A stretch of 59,594 bases of DNA, taken from an uncultured Chitinophaga sp. Lineage in GTDB: Bacteria; Planctomycetota; Phycisphaerae; Phycisphaerales; SM1A02. The DNA is taken from the NCBI GenBank assembly GCA_964430235.1, contig CAYSFS010000001.1, positions 1-59,594 of the forward strand, in the 5' to 3' direction. Below the pieces are notes generated by a model. The model searched no databases and was not told the DNA's origin. It saw nothing but the letters and a program-made list of their open reading frames with translations. Shown piece after piece: positions 47,122 through 55,527 of this stretch; the first letter of the stretch is position 1, and every line of letters begins with the position of its first letter. The position numbers and the translations under genes were made by a program.

Positions 47122-47796
47122 ATGGCGACGGACCTTCCACCGTTGGTCGGGATCACCGCGGACGTGGCGCACGACGACCGTGGCCGCCCCCGGCACCAGG
47201 TGCGGTCGACCTACGTCGACGCGGTGCTTGCCGCGGGCGGCACTCCCGTGCTGCTTCCGGCGTGCGCCGCATCGCGCGAGCAGGCGCTGGACCGCCTGGA
47301 CGCGGTCGTGATCATCGGGGGCGACGACGTCGACACGCGGCCGTTCGGAATCCCCCTCCACCCGGAGGCGCGCGTGATGGACCCGTCGCGGCAGGCGGCC
47401 GAGCTCGCGCTGCTCGACGCGCTCGGGCGTCGGCCCGCGGTCCCGTTGCTCGGCGTGTGCCTGGGAATGCAGCTCATGGGCGTGCACCGCGGGGCGCGCC
47501 TCATCCAGCACCTCGCGGACGTCATTCCCGACGCCGACCGCCACCGCGACGACCGCGTGCACGCGGTGCGGACGGACCTCGGCTCGGGCCCGGTCGCGAG
47601 CTGGCACCACCAGGCGATCGCGGATGCTCCCGGCTTCGACGTGATCGGCCGTTCCGACGACGGGGTCATCGAGGCCATCCGCGACCCGTCGCGCCCGTTC
47701 TGCGTGGGCGTGCAGTGGCATCCGGAACGCACGGCCGACGAGGCGCTGGGCGTGGGAATCTTCCGCAGGCTCGTGGACGCCGCGCGTGCCCGGTAG
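47122..47796 (+). CDS. class I glutamine amidotransferase / gamma-glutamyl-GABA hydrolase (peptidase C26, PuuD-like)
   Basis: Motifs LLGVCLGMQLM (nucleophile Cys), SWHHQAI and VQWHPE are present. An alternative start is at 47104. Confidence 0.85.
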   Translation: MATDLPPLVGITADVAHDDRGRPRHQVRSTYVDAVLAAGGTPVLLPACAASREQALDRLDAVVIIGGDDVDTRPFGIPLHPEARVMDPSRQAAELALLDALGRRPAVPLLGVCLGMQLMGVHRGARLIQHLADVIPDADRHRDDRVHAVRTDLGSGPVASWHHQAIADAPGFDVIGRSDDGVIEAIRDPSRPFCVGVQWHPERTADEALGVGIFRRLVDAARAR

Positions 47797-47805
47797 CCTG
47801 CGCGC

Positions 47806-48636
47806 ATGCTGACCATCGCGCTTTCCACGGTCCTGTCGCTCGGTGACGTGCTCGCCGCGGGCTCCGCCGCCCCGGCGCTCTCGGTCGAGAAGTTCGTGAA
47901 GGGCGAGGCCGTGCCGGCGTTCGAGCCCGGCAAGGTCTACGTGCTCGAGTTCTGGGCGACGTGGTGCGGGCCGTGCATCCGTGCGATGCCGCACCTCTCG
48001 AAGCTGCAGAAGGACCACCCCGAGCTCACCGTGATCGGCGTGGCGGGATTCGAGCGCGCGGCCGACGCGGCGGCCATGGAGCGGAAGGTGCGCGAGTTCC
48101 TCGACGGCCGCGGCAAGGACGTCGAGTTCCGCATCGCGCTCGACACCGACGGCTCGATGGCGCAGGAATGGATGAACGCCGCGAAGCGACGCACCATCCC
48201 GACGTCCATGGTGGTCGGCAAGGACGGCAAGGTCGCGTTCGTGGGCTCGCCCAACGCCGAGCTCGACGCGGCCGTCCTCGCGGCGCTCGGCAAGGATCCG
48301 GCGGACGCCGACGCGAAGGCGCCCGGGACGAGCGAGCCCGCGTCGAAGTCGCCCGGCACCAAGCCCGCCGAGGGCGTGTGGAAGCGCGGGGATTCCCCCA
48401 AACGGCCGTCGGAGGCCCTCGAGCCGGGCACCACGGAGGAGGTCACGTCGGAACCCACCGACGAGAAGGGCGAGTCGATCAGCGAGTCGACGTCCTCGTC
48501 CTCCTCGACCTCCACGGTGAACGGCGTGACCGTGACCGAGACGGTCACCGAGACCGTGCGCGTCGAGGTGCGCAACGGGACGAAGACCACCACGAAGCGC
48601 CGCACGGTGACGCGCTCCGACGCCCCGAAGCCCTGA
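47806..48636 (+). CDS. TlpA-like thioredoxin-fold thiol:disulfide oxidoreductase with a long low-complexity tail
   Basis: Signal-like N-terminus and FWATWCGPC active site. The ~120-aa Ser/Thr/Glu/Pro-rich C-terminal extension includes TVTETVTETVRVEV. Confidence 0.85.
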   Translation: MLTIALSTVLSLGDVLAAGSAAPALSVEKFVKGEAVPAFEPGKVYVLEFWATWCGPCIRAMPHLSKLQKDHPELTVIGVAGFERAADAAAMERKVREFLDGRGKDVEFRIALDTDGSMAQEWMNAAKRRTIPTSMVVGKDGKVAFVGSPNAELDAAVLAALGKDPADADAKAPGTSEPASKSPGTKPAEGVWKRGDSPKRPSEALEPGTTEEVTSEPTDEKGESISESTSSSSSTSTVNGVTVTETVTETVRVEVRNGTKTTTKRRTVTRSDAPKP

Positions 48637-48643
48637 GGTCCGG

Positions 48644-49816
48644 GTGCTCCCGGCGTACTGCACGAACGTCCTGGCCGGACGCACGCTCGAGGAGACGCGG
48701 GCCGCGGTCATCGGCACGATGGGCGCGGTGCGGTCGCGCGTCGCCCCCGGGTCGACGCTGCCGGTCGGGCTGTGGCTTTCGTCGCGTGCGGCGGAGGAGC
48801 TGGCGGCCGAGCCCGACGGCGCGCGCCGCCTGCGCGACGACCTCGGGAACGCGGGGCTCGCGGTCGTCACGCTGAACGGGTTCCCGTACCACGACTTCCA
48901 CCTGCCGACCGTGAAGCACGCGGTGTACGAGCCGCACTGGGCCGACGTGCGTCGGCTGATGCACACGACGCGGCTCGCGGACCTGCTGGTGGACCTCCTT
49001 CCCGCGGGCGCCGCGCGGGCCTCGATCAGCACGCTCCCGCTCGGCTGGCGCGAGCGCTTCAGCCTCGAGGGCTGCGGCGCGAGCGTGGGGCTCGCGGGCG
49101 CGATGCTCGAGCAGCTCGCCGCGCACCTCGCGCGCCTCGAGGACCGCACCGGCGTGCGCGTCACGGTCGACCTCGAGCCCGAGCCCGGGTGCATGCTCGA
49201 CCGTGCGCGCGACCTCGTCGGCTTCCTCGAGCACGCGCTGCGTTCCCGTGCGGGCGGGCCGGACGTGCGTCGCTACGTGGGCGTGTGCCACGACACGTGC
49301 CACTCCGCCGTCATGTTCGAGGGCCAGCGCGAGGCGCTGCGGGCGTACCGCGACGCGGGCATCGGCGTCCACAAGGTGCAGGTCTCGAGCGCCGTCGAGG
49401 CCGACGGGTCGCCCGATTCGCTGCTCGTGCTCTCGGCCTTCGCGGAGCCGCGGTGGCTGCACCAGACGTGCGTGCGGCGCGCGGACGGCACCGTCGGATT
49501 CTGGGAGGACCTGCCTTTCGCGCTCGCGTCGGGGACGCACGGCACGTGGCGCACGCACTTCCACGTGCCGGTCTTCGCGGCACGGCTGGGCGCGCTGGCG
49601 ACGACGCAGGGCGCGATCCTCGAGTGCCTCGAGGAGCTCGCGTCGTGGCCGGAGCCCGATCGCCCGCAGCTCGAGGTCGAGACCTACGCATGGGACGCGC
49701 TGCCGGACGGTGCGCGCGAGGGCCGGGCGCTGGTCGACGGCATCGCGCGCGAGGTGGAGTGGTGCGCCGGCGCGGCCCGGCGTGCCGGGTTCGTGCGGTC
49801 GGGGGGTTCCGCGTGA
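48644..49816 (+). CDS. eboE: xylose-isomerase-like TIM-barrel protein (EboE-like)
   Basis: 390 aa with a GTG start. The layout (..VVTLNGFPY..VYEPHW.., HDTCHSAVMFE, HFHVP, EVETYAW) resembles EboE/sugar-phosphate-isomerase-like TIM barrels. Its position directly upstream of, and overlapping, a UbiA gene supports the call. Confidence 0.68.
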   Translation: MLPAYCTNVLAGRTLEETRAAVIGTMGAVRSRVAPGSTLPVGLWLSSRAAEELAAEPDGARRLRDDLGNAGLAVVTLNGFPYHDFHLPTVKHAVYEPHWADVRRLMHTTRLADLLVDLLPAGAARASISTLPLGWRERFSLEGCGASVGLAGAMLEQLAAHLARLEDRTGVRVTVDLEPEPGCMLDRARDLVGFLEHALRSRAGGPDVRRYVGVCHDTCHSAVMFEGQREALRAYRDAGIGVHKVQVSSAVEADGSPDSLLVLSAFAEPRWLHQTCVRRADGTVGFWEDLPFALASGTHGTWRTHFHVPVFAARLGALATTQGAILECLEELASWPEPDRPQLEVETYAWDALPDGAREGRALVDGIAREVEWCAGAARRAGFVRSGGSA

Positions 49817-50727
49817 GCGCGCGCACCGGCATGGGTGCGTGGCTCGAGCTGATGCGGGTGGGCAACGCACCGACCGTGGTGTCGAACGTGTTCGCCGGGA
49901 TGGCGGTGGGCCTGCAGGCGCGGCTCACGGACGTGCCGGTGCCGTTCGGGCTCGGCGTGGTGCTGGTCGCGGGCACCGCGCTCGCGTACGTGGCGGGCAT
50001 GGTGCTCAACGACGCCTTCGACGCGCAGGTGGATGCGCGCGAACGCCCGTCGCGGCCGATTCCCTCGGGCCGCATCGGCGTCGCGCGGGCGCGGTTCGCA
50101 GGCCTCGCGACGCTCGGCGTGGGCGCCGCGATGCTCGCAAGCGCGGGCGAGGGAACGCACTGGTGGGCCATGCTGCTCGCCGGGTGCGTGGTGCTCTACA
50201 ACGCCGTGCACGCATGGTTGCCCGGCGCGTTCCTGGTGATGGCGGCGTGCCGCGCGATCGTGCCCGTGATCGCGGCGCTCGCCGTGTCGCCGGGCGCCGA
50301 CGGCGCGTTGCTCGGCTGGGTGGCCGGGGGCGCGTTCGCGTACGTCGCCGCGCTGGGGCTCGTCGCGCGCAACGAGGTGCAGGGTTTGCCGCCCGTGGCC
50401 CGCGCGGTCCGGTGGGCGCTGCCGCTCGCGGCGTGCGCGCCCCTCGGCGTGTGGCTGGCCGAGGGCGTGGGGCCGGAGTCGGCCGTGCTGGTGACGCTGG
50501 GGCTCGCGGCGATGGCGGCCGCGGTGGTCGGCGTGGTGACGGGCGTCCGGCTCGCCGCGTCCGGGCGTGCGGGCGCGGTGCCCGCGGCGGTCGGGACATG
50601 GCTCGGCGCGATCCCGCTGGTCGACGCCGCGACGTGCTTCCTGCTCGGGCGACCCCTGCTCGGGCTCCTGTGCATCGCGATGTTCGGCCTGTCGGGCGCC
50701 CTGCGGCCCCGCTTCGCGGCCAGCTGA
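49813..50727 (+). CDS. eboC: UbiA-family prenyltransferase (EboC-like)
   Basis: GTG 49813 overlaps the eboE-like stop (GTGA); ATG 49831 is an alternative start. The first Asp-rich motif NDAFDAQVDARERPSRPIPSG is present, and the protein is multi-TM. Confidence 0.8.
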   Translation: MSARTGMGAWLELMRVGNAPTVVSNVFAGMAVGLQARLTDVPVPFGLGVVLVAGTALAYVAGMVLNDAFDAQVDARERPSRPIPSGRIGVARARFAGLATLGVGAAMLASAGEGTHWWAMLLAGCVVLYNAVHAWLPGAFLVMAACRAIVPVIAALAVSPGADGALLGWVAGGAFAYVAALGLVARNEVQGLPPVARAVRWALPLAACAPLGVWLAEGVGPESAVLVTLGLAAMAAAVVGVVTGVRLAASGRAGAVPAAVGTWLGAIPLVDAATCFLLGRPLLGLLCIAMFGLSGALRPRFAAS

Positions 50728-50750
50728 CCGCTGCTACCATTCCGGTCCCG

Positions 50751-51146
50751 ATGACGGTCCTCGCGTCCTCCGACCTCACCACCTACATCCCGATCGCGAT
50801 GGCGATCGGGATGAGCGTCGTGTTCGCCATCGTGAACATCGGCGCGAGCGCCCTGCTCGGTCCGCGCCGCGAGGGCGCGATCAAGGGCGACACCTACGAG
50901 TCGGGCATGGCGGCGATCGGCACCGCACGCAAGCGCTTCAACGTGCGCTTCTTCGTGGTGGCGATGACCTTCCTGCTCTTCGACGTCGAGGTGATCTTCC
51001 TGTACCCGTGGGCCGTGGCCTACGCGCAGCTCGAGCCGCAGAGCCCGATGGCCGGCCTGTTCCTGGCGCGCATCCTGTTCTTCATCGCCACCAGCGTGCT
51101 CGCGTACATGTACGCCTGGCGCAAGGGCGTCTTCCGCTGGGATTGA
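50751..51146 (+). CDS. nuoA: NADH-quinone oxidoreductase subunit A
   Basis: 131 aa with three TM segments. The sequence YESGM...RFNVRFFVVAMTFLLFDVEVIFLYPWAV is the NuoA/ND3 signature. Confidence 0.85.
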   Translation: MTVLASSDLTTYIPIAMAIGMSVVFAIVNIGASALLGPRREGAIKGDTYESGMAAIGTARKRFNVRFFVVAMTFLLFDVEVIFLYPWAVAYAQLEPQSPMAGLFLARILFFIATSVLAYMYAWRKGVFRWD

Positions 51147-51156
51147 TCGGCGCTTC

Positions 51157-52620
51157 GTGCCCAGCCAGCCCACGCTCACGTTCTTCGGTGCCGCAGGCGA
51201 GGTCACGGGGAGCTGCACGCTCCTCGAGACGGAGCACGCCAGGATCCTCGTGGATTTCGGCCTTTTCCAGGGGTCCCCGGCGCAGGAGCTCCGCAACGTC
51301 GAGGCCCCGCCGGTCGACTTCCGCCGGCTGGATGCGGTGGTCTGCACGCACGCGCACATCGATCACTGCGGCCGGCTCGGCATGCTCCCGCGGCTCGGCT
51401 TCGACCGCGTGATCCTGTGCACGGAGCCCACCGCCGAGCTGCTGCCCATGGTGCTCAAGAGCTCCGCGAACCTGCAGAAGGTGCGGCTCACCGAGCATCG
51501 CGACGGCACCGGCCCCGAGGCGGTGGTGGTCGATCCGCCGCCCGACCCGGCGATCGCCGCGGCGATGGAGCGGTTCGAGGACCCGCCCGTCCTCTACGGC
51601 GCGGGCGATGCCGAGCGCACCGCGCGCATGGTGGTGGGCATTCCCTACGGCGCATGGCGTGACGTCGCCTCCGGCGTGCGCGTGCGGCTGCACGACGCGG
51701 GCCACGTGATCGGGAGCGCGTCCGTGGAGTTCGAGGTCACGTACGGCGCGTCGCGCACGCGCATCGTGTTCTCCGGTGACGTGGGGCCCACGGGCGACGG
51801 ATACCTCGCCGAGCGCGGGCGCTGCCCGGACGCGGACGTGGTCGTCATGGAGTCGACCACGGGCGCGCGGCCCGACGACGCCCCGAGCAGCGACATCGCG
51901 GCCGAGCTGCGGCGCGTGGTCGAGGATTGCCGTCATGGCGCCCGGACCGCCGTCATGCCCACGTTCAGCGTGGGCCGCGGACAGCTCATCGTGCATCACC
52001 TGGCCCGTCTGGCCCATGAGGGCGCGCTGGAGGGCGTCCCGGTCTACCTCGACAGCCCGATGGCGATCCGGGCGTCCGAGCTCTGCCGCAGGCACCCTTC
52101 GCTTCTTTCGGCGACCGCGCGCGGCATGACGAGCGCGGGACGCTCGCCTTTCGAGTTCGACGGGCTGCATTGCCTGTGGTCCCGCAAGCATTCGTTGCGC
52201 GTGGCCGGGCGCTCCGGTGCGGGGATCGTGCTTGCAGGCAGCGGTTTCTGCGATGCGGGCCCGGTGCTCCACCATCTCGAGCAGCGGCTCGGCGACGACC
52301 GGGGACTCGTCGTGTTCACGGGGTACGTGCTGCCTGGCTCGTTGGCCGAGGCCCTGGCCGAGGGCCGTGCGCGGCGCGTACGGATCAACGGGACCGAGAT
52401 CGACGTGCGTGCTCGCGTGCGGCGGCTGCATGGGTTGAGCGGCCACGCGGACCCTGGGCAGATGGTGGACTGGATCGCCGGCGGGGGCCGCGCACCGTCC
52501 ATGGTGATGCTGAACCACGGCGACCCGGTGGCACGCGAGGGGATGCGCGCCCGCGTGCAACGTGCGGGGGTGTCTTGCGTCGACACCCCGGCGCCACTGA
52601 AGCCGATCGTGGTCGGCTGA
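51157..52620 (+). CDS. MBL-fold beta-CASP family hydrolase (RNase J/CPSF-like)
   Basis: GTG start. Motifs TFFGAAGEVTGSC, HxHxDH (CTHAHIDHCG) and a C-terminal LSGHAD (beta-CASP motif C region) are present. Confidence 0.85.
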   Translation: MPSQPTLTFFGAAGEVTGSCTLLETEHARILVDFGLFQGSPAQELRNVEAPPVDFRRLDAVVCTHAHIDHCGRLGMLPRLGFDRVILCTEPTAELLPMVLKSSANLQKVRLTEHRDGTGPEAVVVDPPPDPAIAAAMERFEDPPVLYGAGDAERTARMVVGIPYGAWRDVASGVRVRLHDAGHVIGSASVEFEVTYGASRTRIVFSGDVGPTGDGYLAERGRCPDADVVVMESTTGARPDDAPSSDIAAELRRVVEDCRHGARTAVMPTFSVGRGQLIVHHLARLAHEGALEGVPVYLDSPMAIRASELCRRHPSLLSATARGMTSAGRSPFEFDGLHCLWSRKHSLRVAGRSGAGIVLAGSGFCDAGPVLHHLEQRLGDDRGLVVFTGYVLPGSLAEALAEGRARRVRINGTEIDVRARVRRLHGLSGHADPGQMVDWIAGGGRAPSMVMLNHGDPVAREGMRARVQRAGVSCVDTPAPLKPIVVG

Positions 52621-52677
52621 TTGATGTCCAAATAACATCACATCAAGGTGAGGTGGTGTGGACCGCTACGCTGTGGG

Positions 52678-52693
52678 TGTTCCACGTGGAACG
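52678..52693. promoter_or_regulatory. parS centromere-like site (TGTTCCACGTGGAACG)
   Basis: 15 of 16 positions match a perfect palindrome, and the site is near-identical to the canonical TGTTNCACGTGAAACA. It ends 21 nt upstream of the parB ATG. Confidence 0.8.
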
Positions 52694-52714
52694 TCAACGC
52701 ACGGAGGTATATCC

Positions 52715-53749
52715 ATGGCAAAGCAGAGCATTGGCAAGCACGATCAATCCCCTTCGCGGCTTGGACGTGGGTTGGGGGCGTTGATTCCGGTTCCGGTCGC
52801 GCGGCCAATGCCGCCCAGCACGACCCCTGTGGCAATGAACCAAACCCAGGTTGAGTCTGACGCAACCCCAGCACGGCGAACCACCGTGGAGCCAAAGGAA
52901 TCTTCGTCGGTGGAGACCGGCACTGTCCATGTGATTTCCCTGCCGGTCGACGCGATTTCACCCGGCGAGTTCCAGCCACGCGAGCACATCGCTCCGCAAG
53001 CACTGGCATCATTGGCGGAGAGCATCCGGCAGGCGGGCCTGATGCAGCCAGTCGTGGTTCGCGCAATGGCCGGTGGACGCCATGAACTCATCGCGGGCGA
53101 GCGCCGTTGGCGTGCCGTCATGTCTTTGGGGTGGACGCACATCCCTGCCATCGTGCAGGCGGTGAGCGACCAGGCGGCCGCGGAACTCGCGTTGATCGAG
53201 AACGTGCAGCGCGAGGACCTGAACCCCATGGAGCGGGCCAAGGCGCTCCGCCGGCTGGTGGATGAGTTCGGGTTGTCGCATCAGGAAGTCGGCCAACGGG
53301 TGGGGCTCGATCGCGCCACGGTCACGAACTTGCTTCGGTTGAATGAGCTTGACGGTGCCACTGGACAGGCGGTCCGTGACGGCACGATCTCCATGGGACA
53401 CGCCAAGGTGCTGCTTGGGGTCACCGACCTGGCTCGGCGGTCCGAAGTGTTGCGACAGGCGGTCAATGAGTCGTGGTCGGTACGACAGCTCGAGGACGCG
53501 GTCCGGGCGTCATCGCCACGTGTTCCACGTGGAACATCCGGGCGGTCGGGGGTTGGCGTCACGGCCTCTCCGAGCGCGCACATTGCACAACTCCAGCGGG
53601 CGCTTGAGGAACACCTTGGGACCCGGGTTCACGTGAAGGTGGGGCGCCGCAAGGGTGCAGGGGAGATTCGGATCGCCTTTCACTCACTCGATGAGTTCGA
53701 TGGCCTCATGCAGCGAATCGGGTTCAACACCAATCGACTCATTGTATAG
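52715..53749 (+). CDS. parB: chromosome partitioning protein ParB
   Basis: GGAGG lies 8 nt upstream of the ATG. Motifs GLGRGLGALIP, the ParB box GEFQPRE...LAESIRQAGLMQPVVVR...LIAGERRWRA and a helix-turn-helix (SHQEVGQRVGLDRATVTNLLRL) are present. Confidence 0.93.
   Translation: MAKQSIGKHDQSPSRLGRGLGALIPVPVARPMPPSTTPVAMNQTQVESDATPARRTTVEPKESSSVETGTVHVISLPVDAISPGEFQPREHIAPQALASLAESIRQAGLMQPVVVRAMAGGRHELIAGERRWRAVMSLGWTHIPAIVQAVSDQAAAELALIENVQREDLNPMERAKALRRLVDEFGLSHQEVGQRVGLDRATVTNLLRLNELDGATGQAVRDGTISMGHAKVLLGVTDLARRSEVLRQAVNESWSVRQLEDAVRASSPRVPRGTSGRSGVGVTASPSAHIAQLQRALEEHLGTRVHVKVGRRKGAGEIRIAFHSLDEFDGLMQRIGFNTNRLIV
53521..53536. promoter_or_regulatory. parS site, perfect 16-bp palindrome TGTTCCACGTGGAACA (inside parB)
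   Basis: Read directly from the sequence. It encodes ..RVPRGT.. within the parB C-terminal linker. An intragenic parS in parB is a common arrangement. Confidence 0.85.
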
Positions 53750-53904
53750 TCCTATAACCAATGAATCCAGCGCGTGATCGGTTCGAAATGCCGACACAAC
53801 ACCAGGATGCGCGCGGCCCATGCTGGGTCAACCGCACCCGTGCGCCGTCCCCGGCCTCCGACCACGCTCACCGACCGCATCCACTCATCCAGGAAACCCG
53901 ATCC

Positions 53905-54525
53905 ATGCTGCTGATTGCCACCGTCGCCACGCTCGCCGCCTCGCTCACCGTCGCCGCCCCCGCCGTCCAGACGCCCGCCGCGCCGGCGGCGAACGCCGCT
54001 CCCGCCGCGGGCATGCGCTCGTTCACGGTCGACGGCGTCCACTCGAAGGCGTTGTTCCGCGTCATGCACATGGGCGCCGGCCAGTTCTGGGGCCGCTTCA
54101 ACGACGTCTCGGGGACGTACTCGTTCGACCCGTCCAACCTCGCGACCGCGAAGTTCGACATCACGATCGCGATCGAGTCGGTGGACTCCGGCAACGGCGA
54201 CCTCGACAAGCACCTGCGAAGCCCCGACTTCTTCGCCGCCAAGGACTTCCCGACCATGACGTTCCGCAGCACGGGCGTCGAGGGCGCGTCCGCCGCGGGG
54301 GGCATGCTCAAGGGCGACCTCACGATGAAGGGCGTCACGAAGCCGGTCACCGCGAAGCTCGAGTACACGGGCATGGCCGACATGGGCCGGGGCATGAAGT
54401 CCGGCTTCGAGGCCACGTTCACCATCAAGCGCAGCGACTTCGGCATCACCTACGGCGTCGACAAGGGCGCGATCGGCGACGAGGTCCGCGTCACCGTGGC
54501 CCTCGAGGGAAACCTCGCCAAGTGA
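53905..54525 (+). CDS. YceI-like periplasmic polyisoprenoid-binding family protein
   Basis: Signal peptide MLLIATVATLAASLTVAAPA. YceI pattern: FTVDGVHSKALFRVMHMG..FWGRFNDVSG...LDKHLRSPDFFAAKDFPTMTF...GDLTMKGVTKPV. Confidence 0.87.
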   Translation: MLLIATVATLAASLTVAAPAVQTPAAPAANAAPAAGMRSFTVDGVHSKALFRVMHMGAGQFWGRFNDVSGTYSFDPSNLATAKFDITIAIESVDSGNGDLDKHLRSPDFFAAKDFPTMTFRSTGVEGASAAGGMLKGDLTMKGVTKPVTAKLEYTGMADMGRGMKSGFEATFTIKRSDFGITYGVDKGAIGDEVRVTVALEGNLAK

Positions 54526-54552
54526 CGATCCCTGCCCGGCGACCGCACGTCC

Positions 54553-55518
54553 ATGGAACTTGACCTCGCGCTTCGCGCCGTCGCCGCCCCCGTGGCGGCG
54601 ATGGCCGCGTCGGTGTGGCTGCTCGTCGCGCTGGCAGGGCTGGCCGCACGCATGCGCGCCCGGGCTCCGGTCGATCCGTCCGAGGCCGCGGCGTGGCCCA
54701 TGCGATGGGCGCTGACGACCCTGACCGTGCTGCCGGTGGCATGGGCCATCGCCTTCCAGGAGCCCTCGTGGCGTGAGGTGGCGGCGCCGGTCGTGTCGTA
54801 CCAGTGGCTCGGATGGGCCGCGGTGGTCTCGGCGCTCGTGTCGTCGGCCCTCGCCACGGTCCCCGGGCGCACGATGGCGGCGGCCGCGGCGGTCTCGGCA
54901 TCGGTGGTCACGTGCGCGATGGTGAAGCCACCGGGGCTGCCCGACGCGGGACCGAAGTTCCTCGCCGCGGCGGCCGCCGCCATCGGCGGCGCGGGTGCCG
55001 CATGGTCGATGCACGGCCCACGCGGCGAGCGCCGTGCGGCGCCGGCGTGGGCCACGTTCGCTGGGTGGTGGGCGTGCCTCGCCGTCGCGTCCGGCATGGT
55101 GCTGCTCTCCGGATTCGCGAAGTTGGCCGTGGCGTGCGGTGCGTTGAGCGCCTCCGCGGCGGCGTGGGCCGTGATGTCCGCGGTCCTCCCGCGCGTGGTT
55201 CACGCGGCTCCCGCCGTCTCCGGCGCGTTCGCCGCCACGCTGGGCGTCCTCTGCCTCGTGGCGCGCGGGTACGACGAGTCGGGCTTTCCCGCGTGGTGCT
55301 GGTGGCTGCTGGCCGCCGCGCCCGGGGCGGGTGCGCTGGCGGCATGGCCCGCGCGCCGTGGCCATGCGCGGAGCGCCACGGTCGTCGCGGTCCTCGCGCC
55401 GCCCGTGCTCGCGCTCGCGGCGCTTCTCGCGGCGCGTTCCTCCGTCGCGACGCCGACCGGCTCTCCGTCCCTCGACGACTATGCCATGTCCGGCAGCGCG
55501 CTCCCGCGCGTGCCGTAG
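54553..55518 (+). CDS. hypothetical polytopic membrane protein
   Basis: 321-aa Ala/Trp-rich ORF with about 8 hydrophobic segments. I recognise no family. It is in the same orientation as, and closely spaced with, its neighbours. Confidence 0.5.
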   Translation: MELDLALRAVAAPVAAMAASVWLLVALAGLAARMRARAPVDPSEAAAWPMRWALTTLTVLPVAWAIAFQEPSWREVAAPVVSYQWLGWAAVVSALVSSALATVPGRTMAAAAAVSASVVTCAMVKPPGLPDAGPKFLAAAAAAIGGAGAAWSMHGPRGERRAAPAWATFAGWWACLAVASGMVLLSGFAKLAVACGALSASAAAWAVMSAVLPRVVHAAPAVSGAFAATLGVLCLVARGYDESGFPAWCWWLLAAAPGAGALAAWPARRGHARSATVVAVLAPPVLALAALLAARSSVATPTGSPSLDDYAMSGSALPRVP

Positions 55519-55527
55519 GATGCGTCG

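Noticed and set aside
47083-49194. N-terminal ~700 codons of the 1400-aa minus-strand ORF 44992..49194 (and similar upstream extensions of ORFs 2572..5517, 31181..32782, 37321..39291 and 19145..20782)
   Set aside because: In each case a signal peptide or a conserved N-terminus begins at an internal ATG or GTG. The upstream extension overlaps well-supported genes on the other strand and has junk composition.
49557-49571. Possible third parS (TTCCACGTG inside eboE-like gene)
   Set aside because: Only a half-site matches, and the second arm (CCGG) breaks the palindrome. This is a likely chance occurrence in coding sequence.
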